DNA of 64,000 nucleotides from Chiloscyllium plagiosum (GCF_004010195.1 NC_057717.1:98292733-98356732); one strand, 5' to 3'; numbered from the stretch's first letter, positions 1-13,755 are shown. The notes: generated from the sequence alone by a model not told the origin. Numbers and translations are program-made.

Positions 1-3000
1 TTGAAGCTTTACAACACAATGAAGAAATTGCTCATCACAGCCCAAAACAAACCTTATCCCAAAATACCAAACTGCACACAGCTGAATTTCCAATAGGGTA
101 TTCTGAAATGGAGATCTCAGCCGTGTCCTTCAAAGTAACTCAGTCCTTGTTATTTTTCAGTATTGGAGGAATCTGCCAAGCATAGTATTTAACTTCTGCT
201 GCATCACTACTAGTTATATCAGAAATTAATGCAAATTAACAGCAAATTAAATTCAAACTTCTGGATGCTACATGATTTGCATTTCTGTGGCTAATCGTGG
301 CAGAAAGATTGGTACAGGGTTAAAACTGCACCATTAGATATTACTGGTAGAATTTTTTTTTGACTGAACTCTTGGGACACCGTTGAACTCCAAGAAGTTG
401 CACTTACTGCCCATGTTCAACAACCCCAATTTGCGGAGCTTGTCCACTGCAAGCACATATGATAGCTCACTTTAGAAGGCATTAAATCATGTTTACTTTC
501 ACTGACATTCCCTCCATTGAAGGATATAATCAAACGAGATTTTTCTTGCAAACAGCAGATTCCTTTCATGGTCATTTTGCCGTGGTCCAAACCTGCAGAT
601 GATCAGACTTATTCAATTCCCTTTTATAGCTTATCACAATGGGATTTATACATTGCAATCTGGTGTTATAACCATGGCATCTCTGTGTTTAAGATCAGGC
701 TGTACTACCAAGCATATTAAAGAATTTCATCATTAGACTACTCAATTCACGCCTCTTCTGAAGTCAATAATGGTACACAGCTGCAGCTTGTACCCTGTCC
801 AATGGTGCAATGGTAGTGTCCCTACCTCTGAACCGAGACACCCAGGTTCAAGTCCCACCTGCCTAGACGATGTATAATAACATCTCTGAACAGGTTGATT
901 AGAAAAACAGTTGTATTCTTCACACAAGCCCTGGTGAGGACAGACTGATCATCTTATCTTTAATCAAATTCTGACACAGATGAAACATGACATTTGCCAC
1001 TGCTGAGGTACCAGCATTCTGACTTTGATGGAACTTTAGAGAAAGATTCTGCATCCACACATAGTGTAGAAAACAGTTGAACAGGTAGCAGGTGCTGCAC
1101 TGAGCAAAGTCATTTGCCCTAGACTGGTTTCAGAAAGTGCAAACTCTTTCTTTCACTGCGGCTACAGCGCCCGCAATGTTCAGACTCAGCGCAGCAGGTT
1201 GTATCTGCCTAGGTGTTAAGTTTCTTAAAATGCTCCTGCAGTCAGATGTTTGCCAAAAGGTAGAAGGACTACTCTGTAAAGTTGGTTAAAACTACATGCT
1301 TAAAACTTGAGGCCTCTGTCCATTTCCATGAATCACAGGGTCCTACCAGTCGCACTTGTTAATGCCCTGCAGTCCATTCTGCAAGCTGCAACAGCTGAAG
1401 TGAAGAAGTAGGTTTTAATGTTAGTTACATTCGCTGAAAACATTGCTTTATGTAATGCTGCGACCAGGAGCAAGTTACCGAGCTGTCAGTCTCATTTTGT
1501 CAAAGGGCTCTGCTGTTTATACACTGCAGTCTCAAGTCTGATACAAATTGACCCCAGATGGAGTTTTAATCCCACTGTTCGGTTTCAGATCCTCATCTCT
1601 CCCCAGCCGCATTATGTTTTGAGGGACCTCGTTCCAATCAATAGTGTCATTGGGACTGACCTTTCACGTTACTGAGAGCTGCTACATGAATCCATTTGTT
1701 CTCTCACTCGGCGTTGGCCACGAGCTAGACTGGGGCAGGACGTGTGGAATGCTGCACGTATGATTGCCTGCAGGAAACCATCCTCCTCAAAAAAACACTA
1801 CTGGCCAACAGTGAACAAAGTTCAGGTGGGTGGGGAAAATATATCCATACAATTAGTCAGAATCCCACAGTCCCTACTGGAGCACACCCCCTGCCCTACA
1901 AACTAGTGACAGCCTCACTGCTTGATGGAGCGCCTGCAGTCGAAAAGCAAAACATCACCCACCATGATGTGGTGACTGAATCCGAACAGCAAAGTGCCCA
2001 GTTTCAACTGTGGCCTACCTGATTTATGATGAACTTTGATAAAGTGGTCATAAAGTAAAACATGCTGGGAAATGGAAGCCAGCCTTGACTAAAGTGACCA
2101 CGTCAATCCCCACGCTGCAGAATCCAGACAGGCTGCAGCTGCCCACAGACAGTTTACAAACAAATCTGACAGCTGCAGACTCTGCAATACACACCTGAAG
2201 TTGGACTTGAATAGGACAATGGAATGTTGCCCTTGGAACAATCAGGAATATCGAGTCATTCGCCAGCCACAGAGGCCCCTAGCACCTTGACTGGAAGCAG
2301 CTACGTGCACCTACCATAATGGACACCTAAGGGCCACCCTGCCATCAATGCATCAACCCCTGGTTGGGTCTGATCGATCGTGGGAATCAAAACTGATCAA
2401 TCTGTTGGTAGATCTTTAAGACCCTCCTAAAAAGGCACAAAGGTTTTGAAGGATAGGAATTGCTGTAAAACCCCACTCAGGGCAGTAACTCGAGAATAAC
2501 CGCTGAAAGCGAGGACATAGCAGAGACCCTTGGGAGAAGACCACACGATATCACCGAGTGTAGCCCCAAGTTCTAGTGTGGCGGTATACCGTCGTACAAA
2601 GTTAAGTTAAAGCGCAAGATATTTTGTAATGTTTATTAGATTATAGTATACTCTATTGTTCTAATATCAAATGTACAAGTGTTATAGTCTATCATTATCA
2701 AGAGTCGACTCACAGCCCTTTTGCTGAATATAAGAATTTAAATAGTGTGGCACACACAACATAACCGTTCGTGGAAGCCTTCGACTACCCTCAGCTACAC
2801 CAAGGCAGATCGTGGAGAGAGTGGCCTCTTGTTTCATGTAGCAGCAGCTATCAGAGTCAGACCGTGACCCACAGAGTGAACTCTGGGACCCACGATATTA
2901 CAACCACTCATGCTGTTCCAGCTGAAGCCCTGAATTACATGGTAGCTGATTATCTACACCAATACCATTTCCTCATGCTACTGCTCATTCCTCCATGTCA

Positions 3001-3327
3001 CTGGTCTTCAGGCATCTATCAATCACTATCTTGAACATGTTCAATGACTAAGCTTCCACAGGCCTCTGGAGTAGAGAATTGTAAAGATTCACTGCCCTCA
3101 GAGTGAACAAATTCCACATCTCTCTCTCAAATGCTCTACCCCTTGAAATACTTAAAACAGTCTAGCTCCACGGTGACACAAATTCTCTAAGTTTCAGTCA
3201 GGTCACCTCAATAAGACAATATGGTCATCCTCGGGAGTAATCTATCGAACCTTTCTTGCAACCCAGTATGGTGAGTGTACGCTCATCCTTAGATAACAAT
3301 ATTCCAGGTGGTCTCAGCAAGGAACTA

Positions 3328-3456
3328 CAGAGGAACTTCAACTACTCAAACAATACAGACGAATGCTGGATAACACAATTTAGCCAAGCACCTTACGATC
3401 TTATCGGATAATCCGCAATTCGTATAATCGAATGCTAGATAATCAAGATTCCACCG
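3328..3456. mobile_element. Short degenerate Tc1/mariner (Tigger/pogo-like) MITE
   Basis: TA|CAGAGGAACTTC ... GATAATCAAGATTCCACCG|TA; same TIR family as 6762-7348. Confidence 0.55.
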
Positions 3457-3995
3457 TACACATCTTTACTCCTGTCCTCAAATTCCCTTGCAATGAAGGC
3501 GAACACATCATTTGTCTTCCTAAATGCTTGCTCACCTGGATGCTGACCTGTGAGACTCAAAGGAGGATACCTTAGTCTCCAACCCCTCTCTATTTAAGCA
3601 GTTCTCAGCTTGTTTTCTCGATCAAAATAAATAATTTCACATTTACCGGGCCAATTTGTGTAACCCATCCAAGTCCACTTGAACCCTATTTGCTTCCTCC
3701 TCAGAATTTATATTGCCAGTTAGCAAATTTAGAAATATCACAAGTGGTACCCATATCCAAATCATTAATAGAAGATTGTGAACCACTAATAGCAGTCTTC
3801 CATTCAGAGAATAAAATGTTTACTCCTGATCTATTTCCTCATCTATTCTCAATCCATAGTTGTACTTTTTGCCCCCAATCCCATACCTTAATTTTATTTA
3901 CTTATCTCCTATTGGGAATTCTATCGACAGCTTTGTGAAAAGCAAAATACACCATATCCACTTGTCTCTCTCACCAAAAGGTCCAACAAGAGTTT

Positions 3996-4358
3996 TATAA
4001 AATCATGAGGGACATGAATAGGGGGAATACACAAAGTCTTTTTCCTGGGGTCGGGGAGTCCAGAACTATAGGGCATAGGTTTAGGGTGAGGGTGGAAAGA
4101 TTTAAAAGAGACCTAACGGGCAACATTTTCACCCAGAGGGTGGTACGTGTATGGAACGAGCTGCCAGAGGAAGTGATGGGGGCTGGTACAATTGCAACAT
4201 TTAAAAGGCATTTGGATGGGTATATGAATAGGAAGGGTTTGAAGGGAGTTGGGCCGGGTGCTGGCAGGTGGGATTAGATTGGGTTGGGATATCTGGTCGG
4301 CATGCACGGATTGGACCAAAGGATCTGTTTCCATGCTATACATCTCTATGACTCTATA
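3996..4358 (+). mobile_element. CR1/HER1-type LINE 3' fragment
   Basis: ORF2 C-terminus FTQRVVRVWNELPEEV..FKRHLDGYM, 3'UTR and (CTCTATGA)n tail. Confidence 0.9.
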
Positions 4359-5053
4359 ACACATTATAGTCCAACAAATTTATTTGGAAGCACTAGCATT
4401 CGGAACATTGCTCCTTCAGCAGGTGTTTTTTTCCTTATCAGGGCCCATCAAGATCTGTTTAGTAGTTTGATAATTTGGCACTTAAAAGGGTAGGTAATAT
4501 GCTCCTGGTCTGAACCCGTTCCATCATTTTCTCTAAAACCTCACTACTGGCCATCTGAAGACTAAAAACGTGCAGAGTGAGTTACAAGGGCCTAATTACC
4601 CAATTGAGCTTTCTAGTTTAACCATGCTGGAAAGGGCTCAAATTACCTTCATGTGCAATAAACTGGCACTACATACAAATCAGCTCATCAGTCACAAGAG
4701 AGTGCAGCTGGTGAGCAGAGATCAAAAGCTCACAAGAGCTTCTCATTGATGGTATCCTGCATTATTCAAGTAAATTGCAAGCTTAAAGAATATGTTTGCG
4801 TGGCTTCAACCTAAACGAGCAGTCTGCAACCTGCAAAAGGCAATTTTCTCGTCAGATATGGTAACTGAAATCTCTCATCTAACGGCTGCGAAATTCAAGG
4901 GTCTTGTGGTGCAGCGGTGGTGTCTCCCACCTCTGGGACAGAAGGTCCAGACTCAGGTTCCTCCTGACACAGGAGTCAGTCATACCGTGTCTGAACAGGC
5001 TGATCAAAAACATTAAATAAAGTAACGGCTGAAGAGTTTTATCAGGAACTTAC

Positions 5054-5168
5054 CCGAGTGAATGATCATGTGTCGCCGGAGATGATTCGATAAGTAAAAC
5101 CTCTTGCCACAACCTGGATGCGAACAAACTTTCGTTTTCCCCTTTCTGTGCACAAGGTTGACATGGTT
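5054..5168 (-). CDS. ZNF653: Zinc finger protein 653, internal exon (end of C2H2 finger 1 plus finger 2)
   Basis: Translates NHVNLVHRKGKTKVCSHPGCGKRFYLSNHLRRHMIIHS(G), near-identical to vertebrate ZNF653; acceptor ttctgatcAG, donor GTAAGT; 115 nt, phase 0 to 1. Confidence 0.93.
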
Positions 5169-6761
5169 CTGATCAGAAGGAAATTTATTTTTATTAATTG
5201 GGGCATCCAGATAAACAAGATAGATTTGGGATCTTAGATTTGATATTCTATATCCTTTTCTTATATTAAGAAACGATATAATCTCCACAGTGCATTCAGC
5301 CCATCGTGCTTTCACTAACTTCCGAAGACCGTGCAACCTCCCCATCCCCACCCCCCAAATCCCTTCAATCCTGCATTTCCCATGGCTAATCCACCTAACC
5401 GGCACATCTTTGAAGGAAACCGGAGAACGTGGCAGAAACCCAAGGGGGGAACGTGCAATCTCCATACAGACAGTGACCCAAGGCTAGAATTGAACCCAGA
5501 TCCTTGGGATGGTGAAAAAGCAGTGTTAACTACTGAGTCACTGTAGAGATCACATTCATTTTTCTGCATTTGATCCATTGAGTTACTTTCAGTGTACTGA
5601 CTGCAAGTCAATGTACAGTTGTGGCTCTGAATCAAATTCAGCTTTTCTCCCTGCAAATTTACAATGTATTTTAATTAAATTATGCACTAAATTCTGTTTA
5701 AAAAATGATTTTATTTCCCCGAATCTCATATTAGATCCGGAACAGGACTTGTGCTTCATCTCTGTAGATCTGCTGTCCTGAGTTGCCATTTTCCAAGTCA
5801 TAGAAGCAAACTTCGCATTAGTCCATCTACTTTTGAAATCACGAGTGAAAACCCATGGCATAATTGTGAATATAACCAACTAGCTTTTACACAGTATCAC
5901 TCATGATCTCAAAGCCCAAAGTGCTTTTGACATTTGGTCACTGTTGTAAGATGGAAAATACAGAATTTATACAGAGGAAGCTCCCACAAACAGCAATGCA
6001 ATAATCACTAGACAACTATTTTAGTTAAGCTGGTTGAGGGATTAAATGATTTAGAATTAAAGAATGGCGTTGTTTTTGAATGAGTTATAAATGATAAGAT
6101 TGCTCATTTTCAATTTGCAGCCCGAGGAGGATTCTGAGCTATGTGGAGAAGGTTTTGCAATGGGTTGCTGGCACAATAACCATTGTGACAGCAATTTTTA
6201 AAATCACTAATGTTTGGGATGCCCTTCCCTAACTAATTCTGCAGAAAGACGGAGTGATGAGCACTCTTGAATTCTCTGAACAATTTTCCAAATTTAAAAC
6301 ACTCGGTCTAAGTTATGGGGGTTGTGACCAAGGAGAAGAAAAAAAAAATCACTGCCATAACACCTTCATCTAAAAGTATCTTGGTTCAAATCAAACCACT
6401 CAAATTAATTTGGGAACCAGATTCCTACTTTGCTGTGTTACTTGGATTACAGAATGTAAATTGTTGGAAGTTTCTTTCTTGGTTGGAAATGAAAAAAGGA
6501 AGTGTTTAGCTTGTCAGCAAACCTCTACTAATTCTCTCTATATGGAAAAGAGAGATTAAACTATCAGATTTTGTGGCCATGGGCATTAAATTGTCAGTTT
6601 GTGCACACTAACTTATTGAGGCATTTCAGATTTCACATTATGGCAAAGATACCAGGGTATGTGTGTCAAATTTTGGGAATGACTTTGCTAACATGTGCCT
6701 TGAGCTTCAAAGGTCAGTGAGAACTTGCTTTTTCTGCCTCCCCTTGAATTAATGACAAATA

Positions 6762-7348
6762 TAGGGGAACCTCGATTATCTGAATGTGATGGGCAGGCAC
6801 TATTTCGATCGGATAATCGATTAAATGCCTTTTCTCTGGAGCTCGGAGATTTTTAAATCTGCTCCCCGTTCAAGAGACTGCAGCAAGACACTGTACGCGA
6901 GCCCCGCCAACACCACCCCCTGCCCGACACTGCTCCCTCTCTGGGGCAGCTGGATTGTACACCAACAAGACTGCTGCTGCTGCCTTTGTGGGGTAAGTCT
7001 CCAAACAGCGCATACACATACACAAACCTTTCTATTGCAACTTTTTGGCAGGTTCCACATTTGTCCACATTGTCAACAGGACAATGTTGAAGAGATTATC
7101 TGGGGGGGGGGGGGGGGTTTAGGGTACACCCTTGTGTAGAACTCCAGGGAATGTGTGGGAGGAGAGCAAGTGAGCGAGCGTGGGAGGTCAGTCATTTGGA
7201 GATGAAGCCTGTTTAATCACTGTAAACAAAAGACGCGATCATTGCTGGAAACAAGTCTTTGATGTAATGATTCCATCGGGACCTCGAGATCTCCTTCAGA
7301 TAGTCCGATTTTCGGGTAACTGGTATTCAGATAATCGAGGTTCCTCTG
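6762..7348. mobile_element. Non-autonomous Tc1/mariner (Tigger-like) DNA transposon
   Basis: TIRs TAGGGGAACCTCGATTATCTGAA / TTCAGATAATCGAGGTTCCTCTG flanked by TA dinucleotides. Confidence 0.8.
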
Positions 7349-7406
7349 TATTTGACAACTTAATCTTTCCAACAGGTTTGGCTTATTGCTGAGAGTCAGT
7401 ACTTGC

Positions 7407-7518
7407 CTGGAAGCTGTTCAAAGTGATGTACACCTGGCTGCATCCCTCATGCGGACAGTGAAACAGCTGAAACATCCCGTCAGCATCAATAATGTAGCCG
7501 CCCTTTTTCCTCTTTGGT
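7407..7518 (-). CDS. ZNF653: ZNF653 internal exon (start of finger 1)
   Basis: Not in the ORF track. Translates PKRKKGGYIIDADGMFQLFHCPHEGCSQVYITLNSFQ (human DADGLLEMFHCPYEGCSQVYVALSSFQ); acceptor ctccacAG; donor CAG|GCAAGT; joins in frame to NHVNLVH. Confidence 0.9.
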
Positions 7519-9054
7519 CTGTGGAGAGGATACAGAATTTAAATTTGCTCCATTTCAGTGATGCAATGGAGAAACCTGTAACACGAGTTATCTCCGTATT
7601 TCAGCATCAAGTACTGTGGTAAGCAATTAAGCCAGGTTAAGTCAGAAGAGCCCAGGTTGGAGCTCTGCTCTGAACGCTACTGATCTCAAGTTGGTTGACA
7701 ACAGAATTGCATCATAGTCAACCACAAAATTTTCACACCTAATCCCACCTTTTCACACCATCTCCTCCAATTGTGAACATGGAGTCAAAGTACTAAACAC
7801 TAGGGTTAGAAAGAATGGCCCTCACGATACGACTATTCCTGAGGACCACGGCCCAATCACTATGGAACGAGGAGATTTTAGAAATGAAAACCAATTGCCC
7901 ACAAATGCAAAGGGGACTGAGGAGAAGCTTCTTTACTCAGAGTGGGGAGGGCTTGGAACTTACTGTCACAATCGGTTGAGGGAAGTAGCATTGATGAAGT
8001 TAAAGGAAAGCAAGAGGGAGAAAGGAAAATAGAAGAACCTTTCGATGAGCTGAGATCAAGTAAATAGAAGATGAGGAGAATCACGTGGAGAATAAACTGC
8101 TGTGCAGACTGGCTGAATGGCCTGCACGCTATAAATGCTACATAATCCCCATTCTATAATTCGGGTATAGTTTCTCCTGTAGGTGCATTTCAGGGCCACA
8201 GGATGGAGCTCAGCAGGTTGCAGTGATTCATACACATTATCTAAACTGGCTGCTGTCCTTACTGATTTCAGTACGAGCATGAAGCGTGGACAATCTATCA
8301 GGGCACACAAGTTGGATAAGATTCACCGTAGACACTTCTGCAGTTATACTTTGTCCCTGTACCAATACAAAGTACATGAGAACAGCATACGCATTAAGAG
8401 TTCAATAATTAACATCCAACTTTGTGGGACTAGACTCGTTGGGATAGACAACACGCAAATACAAAGCAGGTGCTTTATGGAGAAATAGATGGCAGAAGAA
8501 AACACAGCAGGAAGCGAGGGCGCTGCAAGGACACGGTGAAAAACTCTCAAAGCAGGACAATACTGTAACTGATTCTTGGTGAAGACTGGTCACCTTCGGA
8601 GGTTAAGGGCTTACTGAAGTAATAGGAGCGTCGGGTGCTGAGCTACATATACCTTTACAAAGGCAGGACAAATGGTATGCACAAGTAGTGGCAACATCAG
8701 GGATGAACAGGAGGACCCTAGCCAGGAAGACGTTCACGCAACATTTGAGAGCATCAAGTCCTACTGTCTATAGTCTGCAGAGTGTTCCGCATACCTACCT
8801 ATTCTGAACCTATGCTCACCATCACCTTCAGGTAAGAGGGACACAATGCTGTGTATCAAGGGCTTCACGAAAGGTACTCATGTTGCTCCGATGTCCAGTG
8901 GGCGATTCCACACCACATGGTACAACAATGTACAATTGATATTTGTTTCGGAGCTTCACATCCCCAAGACAGTGGGATCCACTGCCCTCCTGCTACCTGC
9001 TCAATTCAGAATACTGCATTTACCTCTGGTCTCCCAACTACATCTAAGATTTTA

Positions 9055-9712
9055 TGAAACTTGACAGGGCTCAGAAAAGAGTTACAAGGATGTTGCCAGA
9101 GTTGGAGAGTTTGAGCCACAGGGAGAGGCCGAATCGGCTGGGGCTACTTTCCATGGAGCCTTGGAGGCTGAGGGATAAAATCATGAGGAGCACAGATAGG
9201 GTGAATATCCAAGGTCTTTTTCCCAGGGTAGGGGAGTCTAAAATGAGATAACATTGGTTGAAGGTGAGGGGGAAAATATTTAAAAGGAACCTGAGGGATA
9301 ACTTTTTCATGCAGAGGATGGTGCATGTAAGGAATGAGCTGCCAGAGGAAGTGGTGGAGGCTGGTACAATTACAACATTTAAAAGGCATCTAGATGGGTA
9401 CATGAATAAGGAAGGTTTAAAGGCTATGGGCCAAATAGAGTCACACAGATGTACGGCACAGAAAGAGATCCTTTGGTCCAACTCGTCCATGCTGATCAGA
9501 TATGGACCAGTCCATTTGCCAGCACTTGGCCCAAATCCCTCTCAACCCTTCCTATTCAAATACCCATCCAGATGCCTTTTAAATGTTGTAATTGTACCAG
9601 CCTCCACCACTTCCTCTGGCAGCTCATTCCAAAGATTAATTTAGGACATCTGGTCAGCATGGATGAGTTGGACTGAAGGGTCTATTTTGTGCTGTACAAC
9701 TGTGACTCAATG
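9055..9712. mobile_element. CR1 3' fragment (+) with a second CR1 3' end (-) nested in it
   Basis: + copy 9055-9435 resumes at about 9632-9712; inverted copy at 9437-9630. Confidence 0.85.
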
Positions 9713-9925
9713 AATCACAAGCAAAGATTACCAACATATTCCAGAATTCTTAGAATAGCAATTCATGTCACTTCAACCTGCCTTACTTCGGAAGATACAA
9801 ACGAATACTTTAGAAAGTAGTACCAGCCGACAGATAGAAGCACAGGAGATTATTGGGAATCAGGGGTCTTCAGTATGAAGGCTATATCCCATGTCCCACC
9901 ACACAAACTTGAACCAAACACTCAC

Positions 9926-10010
9926 TTGTGTGGCGTTTTCTGTGCAACTTCCTTTGGTTCAGTCGCCGGCAACGCAGAGTCATCAATGACTGTTCTCTCT
10001 CCTATCACAC
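9926..10010 (-). CDS. ZNF653: ZNF653 probable linker exon
   Basis: Acceptor ttctttactgatgcAG, donor GTGAGT; 85 nt open (GVIGERTVIDDSALPATEPKEVAQKTPHK); phases 1 and 2 bridge the two flanking exons exactly; little homology support. Confidence 0.7.
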
Positions 10011-10137
10011 CTGCATCAGTAAAGAACAAAGCTTCTGTCACCTTGAACTGCCACCAATTCAATCGGAAAGCAGAAGTGCATTCAAGAAGCCACTGAAAAT
10101 AATTTGTTGTTACAGCAATGAGGTACTACTATCCAAT

Positions 10138-10975
10138 CAGAGTCATAGAGATGTACAGCATGGAATCAGACCCTTCGGTCCAACCCGTCCATGCCGACCA
10201 GATATCCCAACCCAATCTAGTCCCACCTGCCAGCACCCGCCCCATATTCCTCCAAACCCGTCCTATTCATATACCCATCCAAATGCCTTTTCAATGTTGC
10301 AATTGTACCAGTTTACACCACTTCCTTTGGCAGCTCATTCCATAAACGTACCACCCTCTGCATGAAAATGTTGCCCCTTAGGTCTCTTTTATATCTTTCT
10401 CCTCTCATCCTAAACCTATGCCCTCTAGTTCTGGACTCCCCGACCCCAGGGAAAAGACTTTGCCTATTTATCCTATCCATGACCCTCAATTTTGTAAACC
10501 TCTATAAGGTCACCCCTCAGCCTTTGACGCTCCAGGGAAAACAGCCCCAGCCTGTTCAGCCTCTCCCTGTAGCTCAAACCCTCCAACCCTGGCACATCCT
10601 TGTAAATCTTTTCTGAACCCTTTCAAGTTTAACAACACCTTTCAGATAGGAAGGAGACCAGAATTGCACACAGTATTCCAACTGTGGCCTAACCAATGTC
10701 CTGTACGGCCACAACATTACCTCCCAATTCCTGTACTCAATATTCTGACCAATAAAAGAAAGCATACCAAACGCCTTCTTCACTATCCTATCTACCTGCG
10801 ACTCCACTTTCAAGGAGCTATGAACCTGCACTCCAAGGTCTCTTTGTTCAGCAACACTCCCTAGGACCTTACCATTAAGTGTATAAGTCCTGCTAAGATT
10901 TGCTTTCCCAAAATGCAGCACCTCGCATTTATCTGAATTAAACTCCATCTGCCACTTCTCAGCCCATTAGCCCAA
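10138..10975 (-). mobile_element. CR1/HER1 LINE 3' fragment
   Basis: MEFNSDKCEVLHFGK..DLGVQVHSSLK..LVRPQLEYCVQFWSP: CR1 ORF2 C-terminal region plus 3'UTR. Confidence 0.92.
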
Positions 10976-12314
10976 AGGAGAAAGTCTTATTGGTCCAGAG
11001 TTCAGCAGACTTCAGGCCCTGCGGTCTGTTTCCATGCTGTACATCTCTATGACTCTATGAATTCTATGACTCGACACATCGTTCTGACCAATGTAGGCAA
11101 GCATGCCAAATGCCTTCTTCAGCACCCTGCCTACCTGCGGCTCTCCTTTCAAGGAACTGTGCACCTGCAACCTGGGGTCACTGTTCAGCAATGTTAACTG
11201 AAAAGCTGCTGCATCCTCTGCAGACTGCAGTGGAGTATAACTGCGCTAATAGTCTGAGGCTAGTAACAGCAGAGTCAAATACACATGGCAAGATAGCATT
11301 TTGCTATGAACTTAAACTACACTTCTAAGAGAGGGTGAGCGCATGCAGAGTGTGAGGCCACAAACTGCATTCAGCAAGTTTTCCCTGAATGTTTTACGCT
11401 ATTCCTGCTGCTTCAATGCAGCAAGTTAAAAGTTAGTCCTTGGCAAGATAGTAAGCTATAAACAACAGACTGAGCGCTTCATAAATTTGGCCTGACCTTG
11501 CAATGGACCATCTACATGACATGCAATACAATGTCTGCAAGTCAGATCAGACCTTCAGGAGGTTAGTGCAACATGTGGATGGCAAGCAACCCATTTTTAT
11601 TCCAAACAAGAAACTGAAGATGAGAAGAGGTTGGGTGGATACTGGTATTCCTCCTTTTGTTTTGCAGCACCAGGGGTGCTCATGTTTTTAGAAACTGCAA
11701 TCATGTGAAACAGGCAGCAGTACAGAATTTCAGGGTTTGACCAGCTCAAGACCACTAAGATTTGGAACCTTTCTAACCAAAAATTGTTTAGCACTGTCAC
11801 GTACAAATGAAAATACTCCCAGAGTTAAATGTGAAGCAATGTCCATTTTACATCACTAGTGCAGGTTTGACTGTGCATCTGCCTCTAACAAAACCCATCA
11901 AGTTGCAACAATGTTGGGTAGACTATGGTCCAACATGTAATGACTCCCTTCACACTATTCCATTATGCACTCCCAGAACAGGAACACCATTCAATTGGGT
12001 TGTGATAGTTCAATTAAGAATTAACATTAAGCTACAAAACCTTAAAGCGTAGAAACATCCAGTCTTTCAACACTACGAGGTACCCAAGTCTGCAACGCCT
12101 TTGCAATGATTTGACTTGTTAACAAAACAATTTGCATAACTCATGATTTTAGTAGAGAAAAAAACATTAAACGCTCCCAAACATATTCAGCAATATCAGG
12201 AAGAGTAAAGTCACCAGCGATTCCTGTAACCAGCAGTACAAATTACTTGGTTGGGTGGGGAGAAAGGGAAGGCCAAATAATGAAACCCCAGAGAAACAAA
12301 AAAAAAACCCTTAC

Positions 12315-13235
12315 CTGGATGCTCGCTCCATTCTGTGCCTTCAGTCTGTCCCGTAATGGTATAACATTCACCCACTGGATTCACGTAAGTCAATTGCTCC
12401 GAAAAAGTACACGTCATCTCCTCGTACTCAGTGGGGTTTACTGGCTGCGCAGTGTCCAAAGGTACTTGCCCGAACTCTGACTCTGTGATGCCGGTGATCT
12501 CCGAACTCTGCACTGTGGAAAGCTGCACAGTCACAGGACAGTTGGCAGTCAAGGAGCTCAGTGCATCTTTCTCAACGGTCTGCAGTACATTAGCTAGCGC
12601 TGGCAGCTCTGCTCGCAAAGCCAGATGGTCTTCCCCATTAGAGCTCTTGCACGGTGACTGAACTCGACATGGAGAGGCCAGCTCGCCAACCTCAGTACCG
12701 TGGCTGTCTTCATTTTTGTCTGCCGCTTCATTAGGTTTGCCCCCTGAACTCAAGGCTTTGTCGTTCACGCCACCTTCTTTGTTTGCAGTGTCATAAACGG
12801 AGTCATTGGCATCAACATCAATGAGTTTCACGTTGAAATATTCCTCAAACTTCTGCTCGGAGTCAGACCCGTCACAGGTGGAAGTGTCCGATTCGCACTT
12901 CACGTACAATTCATTAGACTGTCCCGGCTTCCGTCTGGCTGTGCCTCTCTTCCCCTTCCTCACCTTTTTGGTCGCTGGATGGTGCTGTTGACTCTGGCTT
13001 TCCTCCGCCACACTGTCCTTGGCAGCAGGTCCAGCATCCAGGCTGTGGCAGTTCTTCTGGACTGGCTCTAAGCACTGCAGGTACTGGTGACCTGCTTCAC
13101 ACTGCCACACAATGGCCACTGAGCACTCGCAGACACGCTGCAGTTCGTAGAGTACGGGCTCCTGTTTGCACGTCTGCTTATGATGCTCGTACCACACCAC
13201 CAGAGTCTTCAGTGAACTAACTGCTTGTTTCTTGA
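12315..13235 (-). CDS. ZNF653: ZNF653 large exon (N-terminal Cys/His domain plus acidic/Ser-rich linker)
   Basis: 921 nt open; LKTLVVWYEHHKQTC..EP.L.EL..IVWQCEAGHQYLQ matches the ZNF653 LKNVVIWYEDHKHRC..AVWQCEAGHRYFQ block; acceptor tttcacccacAG, donor GTAAGG. Confidence 0.88.
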
Positions 13236-13289
13236 CTGTGGGTGAAACAGAAAAGTTGTTATAACTTCACAGTTAAACCCAAATTGCCT

Positions 13290-13755
13290 GTGGCATTGCC
13301 CATAGTTAAGTAGATGAAAATCATTTTCCTACATAATGACAAATTAGGAGACCCCACAAAGTTGCTCCACAGAGCCACTGATTGCTCAAGCCTACAACCG
13401 CAAAGAAAAGCTGAAATAAATCGACTGGAACAACACATCCATCCTAGGAAAAGCCAAACAGAGACACGTTCGAGAATTCCTCGAAGCATAGCATTCCAAT
13501 CGGAACTCTATCAACAAACACATCGAGTTAGACCCTATCTACCACCCCAAGAAAAAGAACAGGAAGTGACATCACCAACCCAAAGAAACCCAAACGTATA
13601 AATAGAAAGCAGGCATCATCAGCAGTGCTTCGCCTGAGGCCCACTGAAGACGTTACCTAGCAGGGTGACGAAACGCCTGAAAATGAACCTTCCAGCTCAG
13701 CAAGCACACCTACATCCAAAACCTCAACCTGAGCTACAAATCTCAAAACTTGCTA
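13290..13755 (+). mobile_element. Penelope-like element 3' end / pseudo-LTR
   Basis: GIY-YIG tail remnant (REFLEA..SINKHIELDPIY) followed by a hammerhead-like CTGAAGA-stem-GAAA at 13644-13673; inverted relative at 38715-38965. Confidence 0.75.

Noticed and set aside
800-905. tRNA-like A/B-box sequences (also about 4900, 33600, 39130 and all HE1 heads)
   Set aside because: No complete cloverleaf and they run into shared SINE bodies, so they are SINE heads rather than tRNA genes
1682-1767. Possible alternative last ZNF653 exon on the - strand (GNHTCSIPHVLPQ..GFM*), phase-compatible
   Set aside because: Weak purine-interrupted acceptor and no homology; the expected next exon (VREFTCETCGKSF) was not seen in 1-5053 and probably lies outside the window
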